Shown here piece after piece: positions 1 to 12,016 of a stretch of 64,000 bases of DNA (positions within the stretch are counted from its first letter, which is position 1; each line of letters opens with the position of its first letter). A program made the position numbers and the translations under genes. The stretch comes from Octopus vulgaris. Its lineage: Eukaryota. The stretch is from NCBI GenBank assembly GCA_951406725.2, contig OX597831.1:372001-436000 (forward strand), in the 5' to 3' direction. The notes below the pieces were generated by a model. It ran no database searches and was not told the origin of the DNA. It was given only the letters and a program-made list of their open reading frames with translations.

Positions 1-44
1 GAAAGAGAGAATGTGGTGAATTAAGATTACCATCTTAAGCACAT

Positions 45-397
45 GCATAACTGTGTGGTAAGAAGTTTTGTTTCTCAACCTTCCGGAACCTGATTCAGTT
101 CTATTGTGTAGCACCTTGAGCAAGTGTTTCTTCTATAGCCCTAGGCCAACTAAAGCCTTGTGAGTGGATTTGGTAGATGAAACTGAAAGTAGCAGCTGTG
201 TGTGTGTGTGTATCATGTAAAAGCACCCATGCAGTACTACATAAAAGCACACTCTGTGGGAAGGTGTTAGGAAGGGCATGCAAGCCATAGAAACCATGCT
301 AAATGAGGCCGGTGTCTTTTGCAGCTTCCCAGCTTACCAGCTCTGATGAAACTATTCAACCCATGCCAGCATGGACAATGGATGTTAAATGATGATA
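45..397 (+). mobile_element. tRNA-derived SINE with RTE-like 3' tail
   Basis: tgtgtggtaagaag head, ccttgtgagtggatttggtaga body shared with many copies in the window, ends catgccagcatgga...gttaaatgatgat; boundaries approximate. Confidence 0.7.
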
Positions 398-628
398 TAT
401 ATATGTGTGTGTGTGTGTGTGTGTTTAGGTTTCCTTGTTCTGATATCATGTGACAATTGTCACTGTCAGACATGCGATATCATTCATTTCTAATATTCTG
501 CCAGGACATGTCTGGCTATGAGGAAATATTGCCTTGCTTTAGAAACAGGTAAAAATTGGTGAAAGGAAGGGCATCTTGCTGTAGAAAATCTGCTTCAGTA
601 AATTTCATCCACCCACTGGAAGCATGGA

Positions 629-1025
629 CCATATTCTGAGCGCCTTGTTTCCCTGGGCATGGATTCACTGAAGCTCCGGCGTCTAGCGACGGACTTGGTA
701 AACACCCACAAGGTTATCAACCACCTCACCAACAACAACACTGAACACCTTTTTGATCTCCATGTGTCTAACACACGTGGACATGCCTACAATGTCAGAA
801 AACAGCACAGCTCCCATGACTTTCGGAAACATTTTTTCACGCTCAGGGTTGCTGAAGCGTGGAATAAACTGCCTGCATCAGTTGTTGACTGCCATGACAC
901 TGCATCCTTTAAGGCCCTCATGCTTCCCGAAATCCGTCGAAACTACACCTGATTATATATACACTTTAGATGAGTTGTAGTGCACCTGAGCACTGTACAC
1001 AATTATTATTATTATTATTATTATT
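629..1025 (+). mobile_element. 5'-truncated CR1/L2-clade LINE 3' end
   Basis: ORF 659-952 reads SLKLRRLATDL...TRGHAYNVRK...RKHFFTLRVAEAWNKLP, typical of the CR1-clade ORF2 C-terminus; (TTA)n tail; short sister copy at 18617-18719. Confidence 0.85.
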
Positions 1026-1113
1026 TAAAAGTGGATGTTGAAATGATGATATTGGAATTTTGGACTTGAAAACAATTTAAAGTGACATAAGTTATCATCT
1101 GTGTTTCTTTCAG

Positions 1114-1250
1114 AATAATTGATGCTGGACCAAAAGGAAACTTATCTCGTTTTATGAATCATAGCTGTCAACCAAATTGTGAAACCCAGAAGTGGATGGT
1201 TAATGGTGATGTCAGAGTTGGTTTGTTTTCCCTACATGATATCCCAGCTA
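1114..1250 (+). CDS. NSD2: NSD exon, C-terminal part of SET domain
   Basis: tttctttcag|A ATA ATT...GCT A|gtaagt; [45 protein letters not shown] contains the SET RFxNHSCxPN motif. Confidence 0.95.
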
Positions 1251-4200
1251 GTAAGTAATGTTCTACTCCTTAACCCTTTAGTGTTTAAACCGGCTATATC
1301 CGGCCAAAATATTCTACCTATTTTATGTTCAAACTAGTCAGATATGGTCATTCATAGCTACCTTATTGTGTCATTTTAAAAATAAACAATCACATCATTG
1401 AAATCTCAAAGCCATGAAATGATGCAAGATTAATTTTACATGGTGTGAATATATAAGCTTTACATTTGACAGAATAATCTGAATGCTAAAGGGTTAAAGA
1501 ATTTCAACTCTCCAACCAGCTCTTTTGTTTGGTCTCATCCTTCTAGCCCCTCCCTCCTCTTGCTCTCCTCTCATCTCTCTTTTCCCTCTTCTTCCTCTTC
1601 TCTTTCCTCTCTTTTCTTTTCCTCTTGTTTTTCGTCTTCTCTCATCCTTTTTCTGTCTATTTTGCCTATCTTCCTCTTTGATTTGTCCATTACCATATAT
1701 ATATCTTCAATTGCTTTTCTGATGATAATTAATTGATTAATTAAACTTACTATCTATCCTATCCAGATTCAGAGCTGACATTTAATTACAACTTGGATTG
1801 TCTCGGTAATGAGAAGAAGATCTGTGCCTGTGGTGCCCCAAATTGCAGTGGCTTTCTGGGTGTCCGTCCTAAGGTTGATAACATTTTTATACTTTTGTTG
1901 TCAATTTCCTTGTTTTACTTTGGGTGAAATGCGATGTGGTGGCAGCAATCCATTAAATAGCCTCTCACACGTGTTGTTGTTGTTGTTTAGCCTAATCATT
2001 GCTTACTTACAATTAAGCTGTGGTTGTGCTATATCTCTTTCAAACATCATTATGTTTGAAAAAGATACGGCACAACCACAGTTAGGATACCATTCCTACC
2101 TAGGACTATTTAATGTATCTGTAGTGACGTCATGGTCCAGTGTGCGCACACGCAGCGTCGTTCTTCGGTGTGCGTGTGCGGTGAGTCCTTCTTCAGTGTG
2201 CGTGTGCGGGGTTGGAACCTTCTAGAACCTTCTGGAAAGGCACAAGGAAGTTCCCTCATGCACATGCGCTAGAGACTGAAGAATAAATTCCATAGCATTC
2301 CTTAATAGCGTTCGGGGACTTGAGGCACGGCGATCGAAGAGAAAGGACGTAATTTTCATACGTGTGATCAACCTATTCTCCTGTCCCAGACGCCTTGGGA
2401 TTTGACCTATCTATTGCTGCTGAATTGTTGTAAGAATGGATACCAGTATACCATCGTGTTTCATTGTTGAATAAGCGAATAAAGAATTATATATTTCTAA
2501 ACTTGCTTTTCGTTCCTGACTGGTAGTTTCTAGAAACAAAAAGAAAGGAAATTGTGTTGCACCCAAGTTGCATCCCAAAAGTGTAAAGAAGCAACCAGTT
2601 CCCATTACATATCCTTTCATTTCTAATATGACTCAGTGGGTAGAGCATTGGGCTCAACATCATGGGGTTCGTGAATTCAATTCCTGGATCAGGCTGTGTG
2701 TTGTGTTCTTGAATGAGACACTTTATTTCACGTTGCTCCAGTTCATTCAGCTGTAGAAATGAGTTGCGACATCACTGGTGCCAAGCTGTATCAGCTTTTG
2801 CTTTTCCCTTGGATAACATCGGTGGTGTGGAGAGGAGAGGCTGATATGCATGGGTGACTGCTGGTTATCCATAGACAACTTTGTCCAGACTTGTACCTCA
2901 GAGGGGAACTTTCTAGGTGCAATCCCATGGTTATGATTATTCATCACTGAAGAGGATCTTTATCCTGTGCTTGACGATTTGTGGGAGATTCAACTGTTGT
3001 TTTCAGCAGATTCAGTGATCACTTAGAGAAGTTGTGGTCAAACTGCAGCCTGTGTTACTTTCTGTATGGCACACCTATTAAAAATTACCTTAAGTTTTTT
3101 TTAGTAGCACAGTCCACTTGATAATGAGCCATGTCTCAGGTGGCGCACTTGAAAAAGTTTCCCCAACTGTCTAATTTCAGTTATAAAATATTTATCATTT
3201 GTTGAATTGGTGGGTATTTTCCTGAACTGGAACTTGCTTAATGGCCTCTGTGTGTATGTGCAGGTGTGGTGTATGTTCTAGAGAGGAGTTTTAGAATAGC
3301 TAAAACCCCATAACTCACAGGAGGTGGAAACATAGGCAGTAGTGTAGAAAATAGTGAGATTTTTGAAAAATTAAAATTATTTCTTGGGATCGTAATTTCC
3401 ATTGTGAAAAACAGAGAAATACTAAATAAATGAAGAGGTGGGAAAAAACTACCTTTTCCTTTATCGTGACATATGGTACTTTAACCATTTTGACTGTGTA
3501 ATAACCCTAACCCTAACCTGTTCCCGGCCAATGCTCAGGTTTCTTTTCGTCCAACCCATGCTAGCATGAAAAGCGGACGCTAAATGATGATGATGATGAT
3601 GATTCCCAATGTTTGTTATCAACCAAACAAAGAAGAAAATAGAATTGGTGTATTCTACATCTGCAATACTTTCACCATATCTCCTGTAGGAGATATAGTT
3701 TTCAGATCCACCACTGAAATTATTTGATTCTTGTTCTGTAGAGAAATATTCGATGAAAATTTGATAAATTGTCTTTTGTAAAATGTGTTACTGGGGAATG
3801 TCTCTGCTTCTCACAGCATAAGAGAGATTCTTTCAAAGCCTTCCAGTTCGTCGTTTAGCGTCCGCTTTCCATGCTAGCATGGGTTGGACGGTTCTACTGG
3901 GGTCTGTGAAGCCAGAAGGCTTCATCAGGCCCAGTCAAATCTGGCAGTGTTTCTATGGCTGGATGCCCTTCCTAACGCCAACCACTCCGTGAGTGTAGTG
4001 GGTGCTTTTTACGTGCCACTCGCACAGGTGCCAGACAGAGCTGGCAAACGGCCACGAACGGATGGTGCTTTTTATGTGCCACCGGCACGAGGGCCAGGGG
4101 ATATATCCATGTACTGCATTGAAAAGGTGAAAGGGACTGTTACCATCATCATCTAATGTCTGGATTGTATAAGTTGACCAGAGCTGGCAAGCTGCACCAA

Positions 4201-5822
4201 ATTCCAGATTGATTTGACCTGCTTTCTATGGCTGGGCTGGATGCCCTTCCTTATGCCAGCCACTTTACATAGTGTGCTGGGTGCTTTTTACATGGCATTG
4301 GTATGGGCGTTTTTATGTGGCACTGGTATAGGTGATATTTTTCAGTTTTGTTGTGGGTGATGAGCTGATGAAAGGGTTAATAAGAGACCTGGCTCCCTTT
4401 TTATTTTTTAGTTCAATTTTTGCTTTATATTTTTCTAGTTGTGTTATATTTTTATCTTTTTGTATTTGGTTTTTAATTAAACATTTAAAATTTTTTTGTT
4501 AAAATTTAAAAATAGCGAATTCAAATTTTAATTTTAAATTATGTAAACAGTTTGAGGGCCAAATGGTGTGTTGTGTCCTTGTGCATTTCACATTGCTCCT
4601 CTGTATCCAATTGAAACGAGTATCTAATCTAAAAGTGCTGGTGCAGTCTTCTCTTCCCCCTGCTGTCACATCCTCGATGCTCTTCTGGGTTGAGAAGGGA
4701 TCTATGACTTCTTGTGACAACTCAGGAATCAATAATAATTAGTGAAAAATACTTGCAACAATGTCTCTTTACTTATGAGTGACAATTGTAGTAGTTTTTT
4801 AGATGGTAGGATATGGTTTGAGGAAGAATTAGTTGCTATGTGTAGCTGACCAAACAACCATATACGAGTTGCTGGGAAAGGGGACAGAAGGGATTTAGAA
4901 TGTTTTTAGACTTGGCAGTAATTGTTGTCAACTGATGAATGTCATTACTTCTTCCTATTTTCAGTCAGTCATAAATCAAGCCGATAAAAAGGCAAAAGAT
5001 TTGAAGAAGAAAAAGAAGCGTAAAAAAGGCCGGCCTGACTTGAAGAAACATGAAGACGAGTGCTTCCGATGTGGAGAGGGTGGTGAACTAGTCATGTGTG
5101 ACAAATCACAGTGCCCTAAAGTCTACCATCTGCAGTGCTTGAGCTTGACTAAGCCACCCCATGGTGAGTAGGTTTTTTTTATTTTTTTTAATATATATTT
5201 TAAAGAAAAAGGGACAGTGCTCACGCTGCTTGAAAACCTTCCAAGATGAGTAAAATCAGGAAATTGTATTATTTTATTACTTTTTACTGTGGCTGTGTTG
5301 GGCTCCACTTTCAGGGTCTCTTAGTCAGTTACTGTATTCTTTGGCATATAAGTTGAAGTTTGTATAGAATGTAAGATGTTCATTCAAACATCATCCACTA
5401 TCTTTCCAAATTTTACTGCATTTGACTTGGAACTTTTAGTCCTCCAGATTTGTCTAGGTGTCTAAGTCAACCCACCTTGTTTGGCAGTAAATTTTGGCCT
5501 GGAAAATTCCATGTGTATGCTAGAAAATATGGTACATTGATGCCAGTTGTCAGTTGCTGGATTAACCCTTTTGTTACTGAATTCCTGTTAAAATACAAAG
5601 CCTTTGTTTTAATTAATTTTGGTAATAATAAAGAATTTAGTAAAATAACTTAATCGTTATTAAACTGGAGTTTGGAACTTGAATCAATAGGAAATTTTTA
5701 TGGACGGTTTTAATTTAGTTCACTTTAAAGTAGGAAGTTTGTATCATAAGATCTGTGGGAGTTCTTGAGTAATTTGGTGTCAAAAGAGTTAAGTATCGGA
5801 ATGAAATAAGTTAACTTTTTGA

Positions 5823-5861
<39 letters not shown>

Positions 5862-8800
5862 CCTCTCTCTCAGAACTCCCACATAAACCTGTTAAAAACC
5901 TCTAGTCTTCCCTCTGCATATTCTGTTGCTATTACAGAGTTGCATAGTACTTTCATCCAAACCCATCGCTTCACACACCTTGGTTAAAGTTGTGGTTTCT
6001 GACCTTGCTAGGAAGCAATAGCATTAAGAACTAATTCAGTTCTTACTGTCTGTGACAACCTCTCTAACCCATACCATCATAAAAAAGTTGATGTGAAACA
6101 ATAGTGATGTGGATATATTGCTGTGAGAGAGAGAGAGAGAGGAATATGGGCAAAACCTATGAGCTTTGTGTGCCATCTGAAACTGATGAGATTGATGTGG
6201 ATGATGTACATCTTGACTTTCAGTGAGTGTGTGTGTGTGATGATGGATTTGGGAAAGTGGTGTGTAATCAGATAGTTCAGTAGTAGCAATAACATTTACA
6301 GAGTGAACAGAGCACACCATTGTGGAGTTGAGGTTGTAACCCTTTCATTTTCACATTTCTGACCAAATACGCCGTCTTCAGTTACTTTTGAAAATAACGA
6401 AATATTTCAGACATTACCTTAGTCGCTTTTATTAATCTTTTTGATAACAAGCCTGCCTGAGATCACTCTTGGTTCTGTGATACAAACTTCCTGTTTCAGA
6501 GAACGTTAAATTATCTTTCATCAGAATTTCATGTTATGTTCCAAACGTCAGTTTCTGAAAAATGGCAAAGTTTCTTTTACTAAATTCTTCATTATTTTCA
6601 AAATTAATTGAATTGAAGCAAAGGCAGAGTGTATTGACAGAGAAGTATGATAACGAAAGGGTCCAGCTGGTATTTGGAACATAAATTTAACATCTAAAGT
6701 GGGAATTTTGTGTTGTAGAACAAAGGATGGTCTCAGATGGATTGGTATCAGAAAGGTAAAACTGTTACATACTAATTTGCTTGCGTGAAAGTTTTTGTTA
6801 GTAATTTCAATGGTTTTTTGTTGGTTACATTCTAGTATTGTGTGTGTGGCGGTGGGAGCACTGTCTCTGATGTGAAAGCAGGACTCCCTTGTGAAACTCA
6901 GTTCATCTTTGTCGAAAATTAGTAGCTAATCAGTATCTCCTGTTCATAAACACTATCACTCTGTAGGTTGCAGTTTTAGATTTATCTATCCTGTGAAGTG
7001 ACTTTACTGAACCAATGCAACCCTTCCCATGCCAGATGTCCTGATATTCCATAGCAGTCTTCATATCTTCAGCCTGATATCCAATATCTTCCACAAGTTG
7101 ATCGATATTATGCTCTTCTTGGTCTGACAATACATCATTTATGTCTATGCATGGTTTTTCAGAAAAGTCGGTTGCTAGATATTTCGTCCTTACTCCTCTG
7201 GCAGTACCATGAACAATGTGTGTACTTTATTTATGTCTGTGCATGTTTTTTTCAGAAAAGGAGGTTGTGTTCTTCTTTCCCTAATCACTGAGGCAATGGT
7301 AGGAAGACAGCCCATACTGTAGCTGCTCTGTGGGCTGTTCCCCACCGAGTAAAACTGAGAACTGTACAAAACAGCTTTAACTATCTTCAAATATACCCAA
7401 TCCTCATTGTAAAATGATTAATGAGGCATTTAACCATATGAACTATGCCAAATAAAAATGAGGGCAGTAATCTCTGTTTGTGTGTGTGGTTAGGTGTGAT
7501 TGTTATTATGATTGATAATTGTGTCTGTATTAAATTTTTGAAGGAACTTGGCACATCTGCTACCAAGACACTCATAATGTTCTGTTAGGCTTTTGAAAAA
7601 CCTTCAGCTCAAACTTTTCAGTTGTATGCTTTGGTTGGTGTGGAGCTACAGTAGAAGACATTAGCTCAGGGTGCTGTGCAGTGGGACTGAATCTAAATAC
7701 ATGTGGTTGGGCGTGTACGCTTCTTAATCACACAGATATACTGAAACTTGTAAAGTTGTAAATAATAATATTGTATTTTCTGGCATACACACTGACATAG
7801 AGTATAGTGTAAGCATTCAAACTTTATTACTATCTTCTCAAATACTGCTGCATTTCACATGGAATTTTTGCTCTTCTGAAGTTGTTTTGGTGTTTAAGTT
7901 GACCTAACCATGTTTGGTTGTAAATTTTGGTGTAAAAAAATCGACACATGTCAAAATAAATGTGGTAGTTAAATATATTTGACACAGTAAGGCGGCGAGC
8001 TGGCAGAATTGTTAGTATGCCAGGTGAAATGCTTAGCGGCATTTCATCCATTTTTATGCTCTGAGTTCAAATTCTGCCAGGGTCAACTTTGCTTTTCATC
8101 ATTTAGAGGTCAATAAAATAAGCACCAGTTGAACATTGGGGTCGATGTAATCAACTCACCCCTCTCCTATAACTGCTGGCTTTGTACCAGAGTTTGAAAT
8201 CAATAGTTTGGTACAGTGAACTAAAATTATATTGTCCTAAATAACAGAAGACCCAAGCCAACAGCAATTTTAAAAATTGTTGTAAAGAAAACTGCTGGCA
8301 ACATGCTAATTTCTTTATGCTATATAATAATGTTTTTTTTCATTTTATGAAAAATTACATGCTACAACTAATAAGTGTTGGTTATTGTGTATGTTTATTT
8401 CTTGTTTACTCAACCCCCTCTGCTATATTCATGTAACAAATGCTTTAAAAAAAAAAACTTCCTAGAATATAGAAAATTGGTATAAAATTGTTTCAAATCT
8501 CTGAGATTGGTGTTATTGGGGATTTTTATTGTATTGCTAGGTTAATAAGTAAGCTGCAAATTTTAGGGGAAAAAACCTGCAATTAGTTAAATTGTTTAAT
8601 TACTTAGTGACCAATAATTTTTTTATTGTTTTTTTCCCATTCCTGCAAGAAGGAAAAAGAAAGAAATATACAGCTACCAATTAGTTGATGAATAATGGTT
8701 TCTAATTTAGGTACCAAGCCAGCAATTTTGAAGGGTAGCAAGGGTTGTCAGTTACTTTGGTACCAATACTTTACTTGTATTGCCCCAGTGATGAAAGGCA

Positions 8801-10501
8801 GAGTTGACTTTGGTAGGATTTGAACTCAAAACAGTAAGAGTTGAAATTAATGCTGCATGGGATTTTGTCTGACTCTCTTAACGACTGCCAGTCCACCATC
8901 TTCAGTACTTAATAATATATGTAGAAATAATGGTTAATTAATCTGGTATTGTTGAAACAACAATTGGGAATTGTAGATAACAAATATAGTAGCCAGTGGG
9001 GTCAGAAAGTAAGATATCAGATACAAATGATTACCTGCTTAACATTGAGATTACGCTATCAAATGGAATATCCGTTTAGTCATTGTTTTGCATTTATCAC
9101 ATGCATTTTCTTGTAGCTTCAAGATTTTGATGATGCGATTGTATTCTTTTAGAATGTCACTGTAGGGTGGGTGTGAAAGGCCAGTTTGAATGTAAAACAT
9201 ATTTGGTCTGGATATGTCTGGTTTAACCCATTAGCATTCAGATTACTCTGTCAAATGTAATAGGAGCCCTCCGTCAGTTACGACGGCAAGGGTCCCAGCT
9301 GATAGGATCAACGGAACAGCTTGCTCGTGAAATTAACGTGCAAGTGACTGAGCAATCCACAGACACGTGTACCCTTAACTTAGTTCTCAGGGAGATTCAG
9401 CATGACACAGAGTGTGACAATTCTGGTCCTTTGAAAGACAGGTACAACTCATTTTTGCCAGCTGAATGGACTGGAGCAACGTGAAATAAAGTGTCTTGCT
9501 CAAGGACACAACGCGTCGCCAGGAATTGAACTCACGACCTTACAATCATGAGCCGAATGCCCTAACCACTAAGCTGTGTGCCTTCTGTGAAATATAATGC
9601 TTTTTTATTCACATTGTTTTGAATTAATCCAGCATTATCTTTTAGCTTTAAGATATTGATGATGTGATTGTTTTTAGAATTGCCTTTTTTGATGATGTGA
9701 TTGTTTGTACAGTAGGTGGGAGAGGCCAGGTCTGGCCAGTTAGACCATAAAGCTTATAGAATATTTCTGGCTGGCTTCAATGCTAGAGGGTTAACCTTTT
9801 TCTGATCCATTTTTGATTAAGTTTTCAGAACGATGAAGAATTTTGTGCAGCTTGTAAATCATGAAACTATTTTTCTGTTTTCTTTTCCAGGTCGTTGGAC
9901 ATGTCCATGGCACCACTGTGATGTCTGTGGAAAGCAGTCTACGAAACTGTGTTCCGACTGCCCCAATTCCTTCTGCACTGCACATGCTGAAAACAACATC
10001 CACACGGTGGAGGGGCGAGATGTTTGCTATGATCATGAAGAAGTCATGTTAGAACAGTCATCCAAGTTTAAAAACGGCTTGAAACAGCCTGCCAAGAACA
10101 AGGTGCTGTCCAACGGAATCGGCCCGTTGTCAGAGAAGAGGGAAATAGCTAGTGTTGACGGAACATGTAATGATACAATGAAGAGTACAAAGTCAACTGG
10201 TGCTCTTGGCGCCAAACTCGAGATACACTTGAATGAAAACACCAAACTAAATAAAGCTGCAGTGACAGCGAATGGCGAGAGAAGTGTCAAGGCTTGTGGT
10301 AAGCGAAGTCGGCGGGGTCGTGATGATAAGGGGGTGAAAGGTGTCGCTGTTGAGGGCTCCAAAAACTTTTCTTCTTCTTCTTCCGGGGTTGGTCAGGTTG
10401 ATGGTAAAAAGACAGAGAACAACTCTCTGGCCATTCCACCTATGTTTGATGATAGTGATGATGAATTTCCTGGCCTAGTGATAGATTTACCCCCCCTGTA
10501 G
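1114..10501 (+). CDS. NSD2: NSD-family histone H3K36 methyltransferase, 3' part: join(1114..1250,1767..1873,4965..5163,9891..10501); upstream exons lie before the window
   Basis: Four exons with AG/GT boundaries and matching phases translate to the end of SET, post-SET, PHD and C5HCH domains, the NSD C-terminal architecture. Invertebrates usually have one NSD gene, so the paralog label NSD2 is only by closest resemblance. Confidence 0.93.
1274..1493. mobile_element. TTAA-flanked MITE (piggyBac-like)
   Basis: ttaa|CCCTTTAG...CTAAAGGG|ttaa; related copies at 14893-15096, about 29515-29720 and 62665-62885. Confidence 0.75.
1767..1873 (+). CDS. NSD2: NSD exon, SET end and post-SET
   Basis: atccag|AT TCA GAG...CCT AAG|gttgat; [35 protein letters not shown] (ELxFxY and CxCGxxxC motifs). 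Confidence 0.95.
2120..2609 (+). mobile_element. Solo LTR (Gypsy-like)
   Basis: TGTAGTG...CATTACA termini, identical 4-bp TATC duplication (2116-2119 and 2610-2613), internal AATAAA at 2478-2483. Confidence 0.75.
2626..2960 (+). mobile_element. tRNA-derived SINE
   Basis: A-box-like tgactcagtgggtagagc and B-box-like gaattcaattcc; body gacactttatttcacgttgctccagt shared with the 9262-9583 element; boundaries approximate. Confidence 0.7.
3848..4100 (-). mobile_element. RTE-LINE 3' UTR repeat (truncated copy)
   Basis: cgtttagcgtccgctttccatgctagcatgggttggacgg...gatgcccttcctaacgccaaccactcc; closely related copies at 16085-16506, 21483-21830, 51295-51492, 55015-55170 and 62051-62330. Confidence 0.75.
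4965..5163 (+). CDS. NSD2: NSD exon, basic linker and PHD finger
   Basis: ttttcag|TCA GTC...CAT G|gtgagt; [11 protein letters not shown]...[38 protein letters not shown]. Confidence 0.93.
5566..5788. mobile_element. TTAA-flanked MITE, second family
   Basis: ttaa|CCCTTTTG...CAAAAGAG|ttaa; related degraded pieces near 6340-6760 and 22790-23120. Confidence 0.6.
7000..7135 (-). mobile_element. Degraded RTE-like LINE C-terminal fragment
   Basis: Translation [26 protein letters not shown] resembles the RTE ORF C-terminal pattern (YIDQL..DTG....L..AM.DR..W). Confidence 0.45.
7989..8205 (+). mobile_element. tRNA-related SINE (aaggcggcgagctggcagaa family)
   Basis: B-box-like gagttcaaattc; copies at 11501-11690, 11733-11942, 13649-13872, 18411-18611 and 30071-30262. 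Confidence 0.72.
9262..9583 (-). mobile_element. tRNA-derived SINE nested in a TTAA MITE
   Basis: Minus-strand tRNA-like head (tagtggttagggcattcggctc...gagttcaattcc); 15-bp TSD tctgtcaaatgtaat / tctgtgaaatataat (9247-9261 and 9584-9598). Confidence 0.75.
9891..10501 (+). CDS. NSD2: NSD terminal coding exon, C5HCH domain and disordered tail
   Basis: ttttccag|GT CGT TGG; [32 protein letters not shown]...CYDH, open to TAG at 10499-10501. Confidence 0.93.
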
Positions 10502-10567
10502 TCCCACCCCTATTCTGGGGATGCATTTTTCTCTCTCTCTCCACTCTCCTTGATTCCTATTTCTTAT

Positions 10568-10598
<31 letters not shown>

Positions 10599-10600
10599 AG

Positions 10601-10610
10601 AATAAATAAA
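10601..10610 (+). promoter_or_regulatory. Candidate proximal polyadenylation signal of NSD
   Basis: Overlapping AATAAA hexamers 100 nt after the stop. Further AATAAA at 10658, 10950, 14111 and 14631, so the site actually used is unknown. Confidence 0.3.
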
Positions 10611-11983
10611 AAAAAAATACCACCACCACCACCATCTATCTACAACAAACATTCAATAATAAATATTGAGTTTAAAAAAAAGTGTGTGGCATTTATGTGG
10701 ATAGGAGATCTTCTTTGCTGCTCCCCACCCTTTCTTTCTCTGTCTCTATATATATATCTCCTACCCCCAATTCATTCTGTCTCTTTCTCCATCCCTTTAG
10801 ATTTTGTCAGGTTTTTGTAAAGAATCTCACCAGAGAAAAAGGAAAGAAAGCAAAATGACTTATTTTTTATTATTATTATTATTATTATCATCATCATCAT
10901 CGTCATTATTATTAATTATTATTATTATTATTATTATTATTGTATGTAAAATAAAATTTTAATACTTTTTTTTTTTTCCTTCCCCCCCAGAGAAATTTTA
11001 AATAGAAACTATTTTATGTTCTCCCTTTCTTCCCCCCCAATCCCATTTCCCATCACTCCACAGCCATTACTTTTTTTTTTTTCTGCCCCCATCATACTTT
11101 CAGAACACATCAGCTTCAGAAATATGTTTTTTTTTTTTTGTAACCTGTTGTAAACAGTGGCTGAAATTTTAAGAAAAGTAAAACATACCTCACCAACAAT
11201 CATTCCTATCATATTTTGTTTTGTTTTTTTTTTGCTCCTTTCTTTTTAAATATATTCTATCGTTCTTCTCATTGTGTGGGTGGTAAATTGGCAGAAATTG
11301 GTGGAGCAGTACCAAAATGATGCAGCATTTTAGTTACATCTATTTTTAAGTACAAATCTCACGGTCAACTTCGAAATTGTTGAATAAATAGATAACAGTC
11401 AAGCAATGATTGTAGATAAGTTTCAATTGGTTATTTCTTCCTCAGAAATAATAGTTATATTATTATAAACAGCATTATTATTATTATTATTATTATTATT
11501 AAGGCAGCAAGCAGGCAGAATTGTTAGCATGCTGGGCAGAATGTTCAGTGGTATTTCATCTGCTGAAGTTGACTTTGCCTTTTATCTTTTTGGGGTTGAT
11601 TAAATAAGTACCAGTTGAGCACTGGAGTTGTTGTAATCAACTTAATTCCTCTGCTGAAACTGCTGGCCTTGTGCCAAAATTTGAAATCATCATCATCGTC
11701 ATTATTATTATTATTATTATTATTAATATTATTAAGCAGCAAACCGACAGAGTCCTTAACGTGCTGGGCAAAACGCTTAGCAGCAAGTTGCTTACTGGCA
11801 GGTCTTCTGGTTTTACTTCCTGAGTTCAAATGCTGCTGAGGCTGGCTTTGCTTTTTGTCTTTTTAGGGCTTGATAAAACAAGAACCTGCTGAACAGTGGG
11901 GTCAATGTAATTGACTAGCCCTTTCCTCCAAAATTAGAAACATTATTATTATTATTTATAATGTAATTAGAATTGTATTAATG

Positions 11984-12016
<33 letters not shown>

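Noticed and set aside
1809-2225. 138-aa ORF and other hydrophobic ORFs (1525, 13110, 32611, 33722)
   Set aside because: They are out-of-frame or antisense overlaps of real exons, or low-complexity and repeat sequence with no recognisable domain.
3502-3518. (CCCTAA)n telomere-like motif
   Set aside because: Fewer than three units, and probably part of a degraded dispersed repeat.
3884-4156. Recurrent ORF family with [19 protein letters not shown] (also at 16256, 21512, 45666, 51212, 54931, 62101)
   Set aside because: These are antisense translations of the RTE 3' UTR repeat with inconsistent starts and ends, not a gene family.
9470-9583. tRNA-like sequences at SINE heads (also 2626, 17121, 60600)
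   Set aside because: They retain A/B-box-like motifs but no complete cloverleaf, and they continue into SINE bodies.
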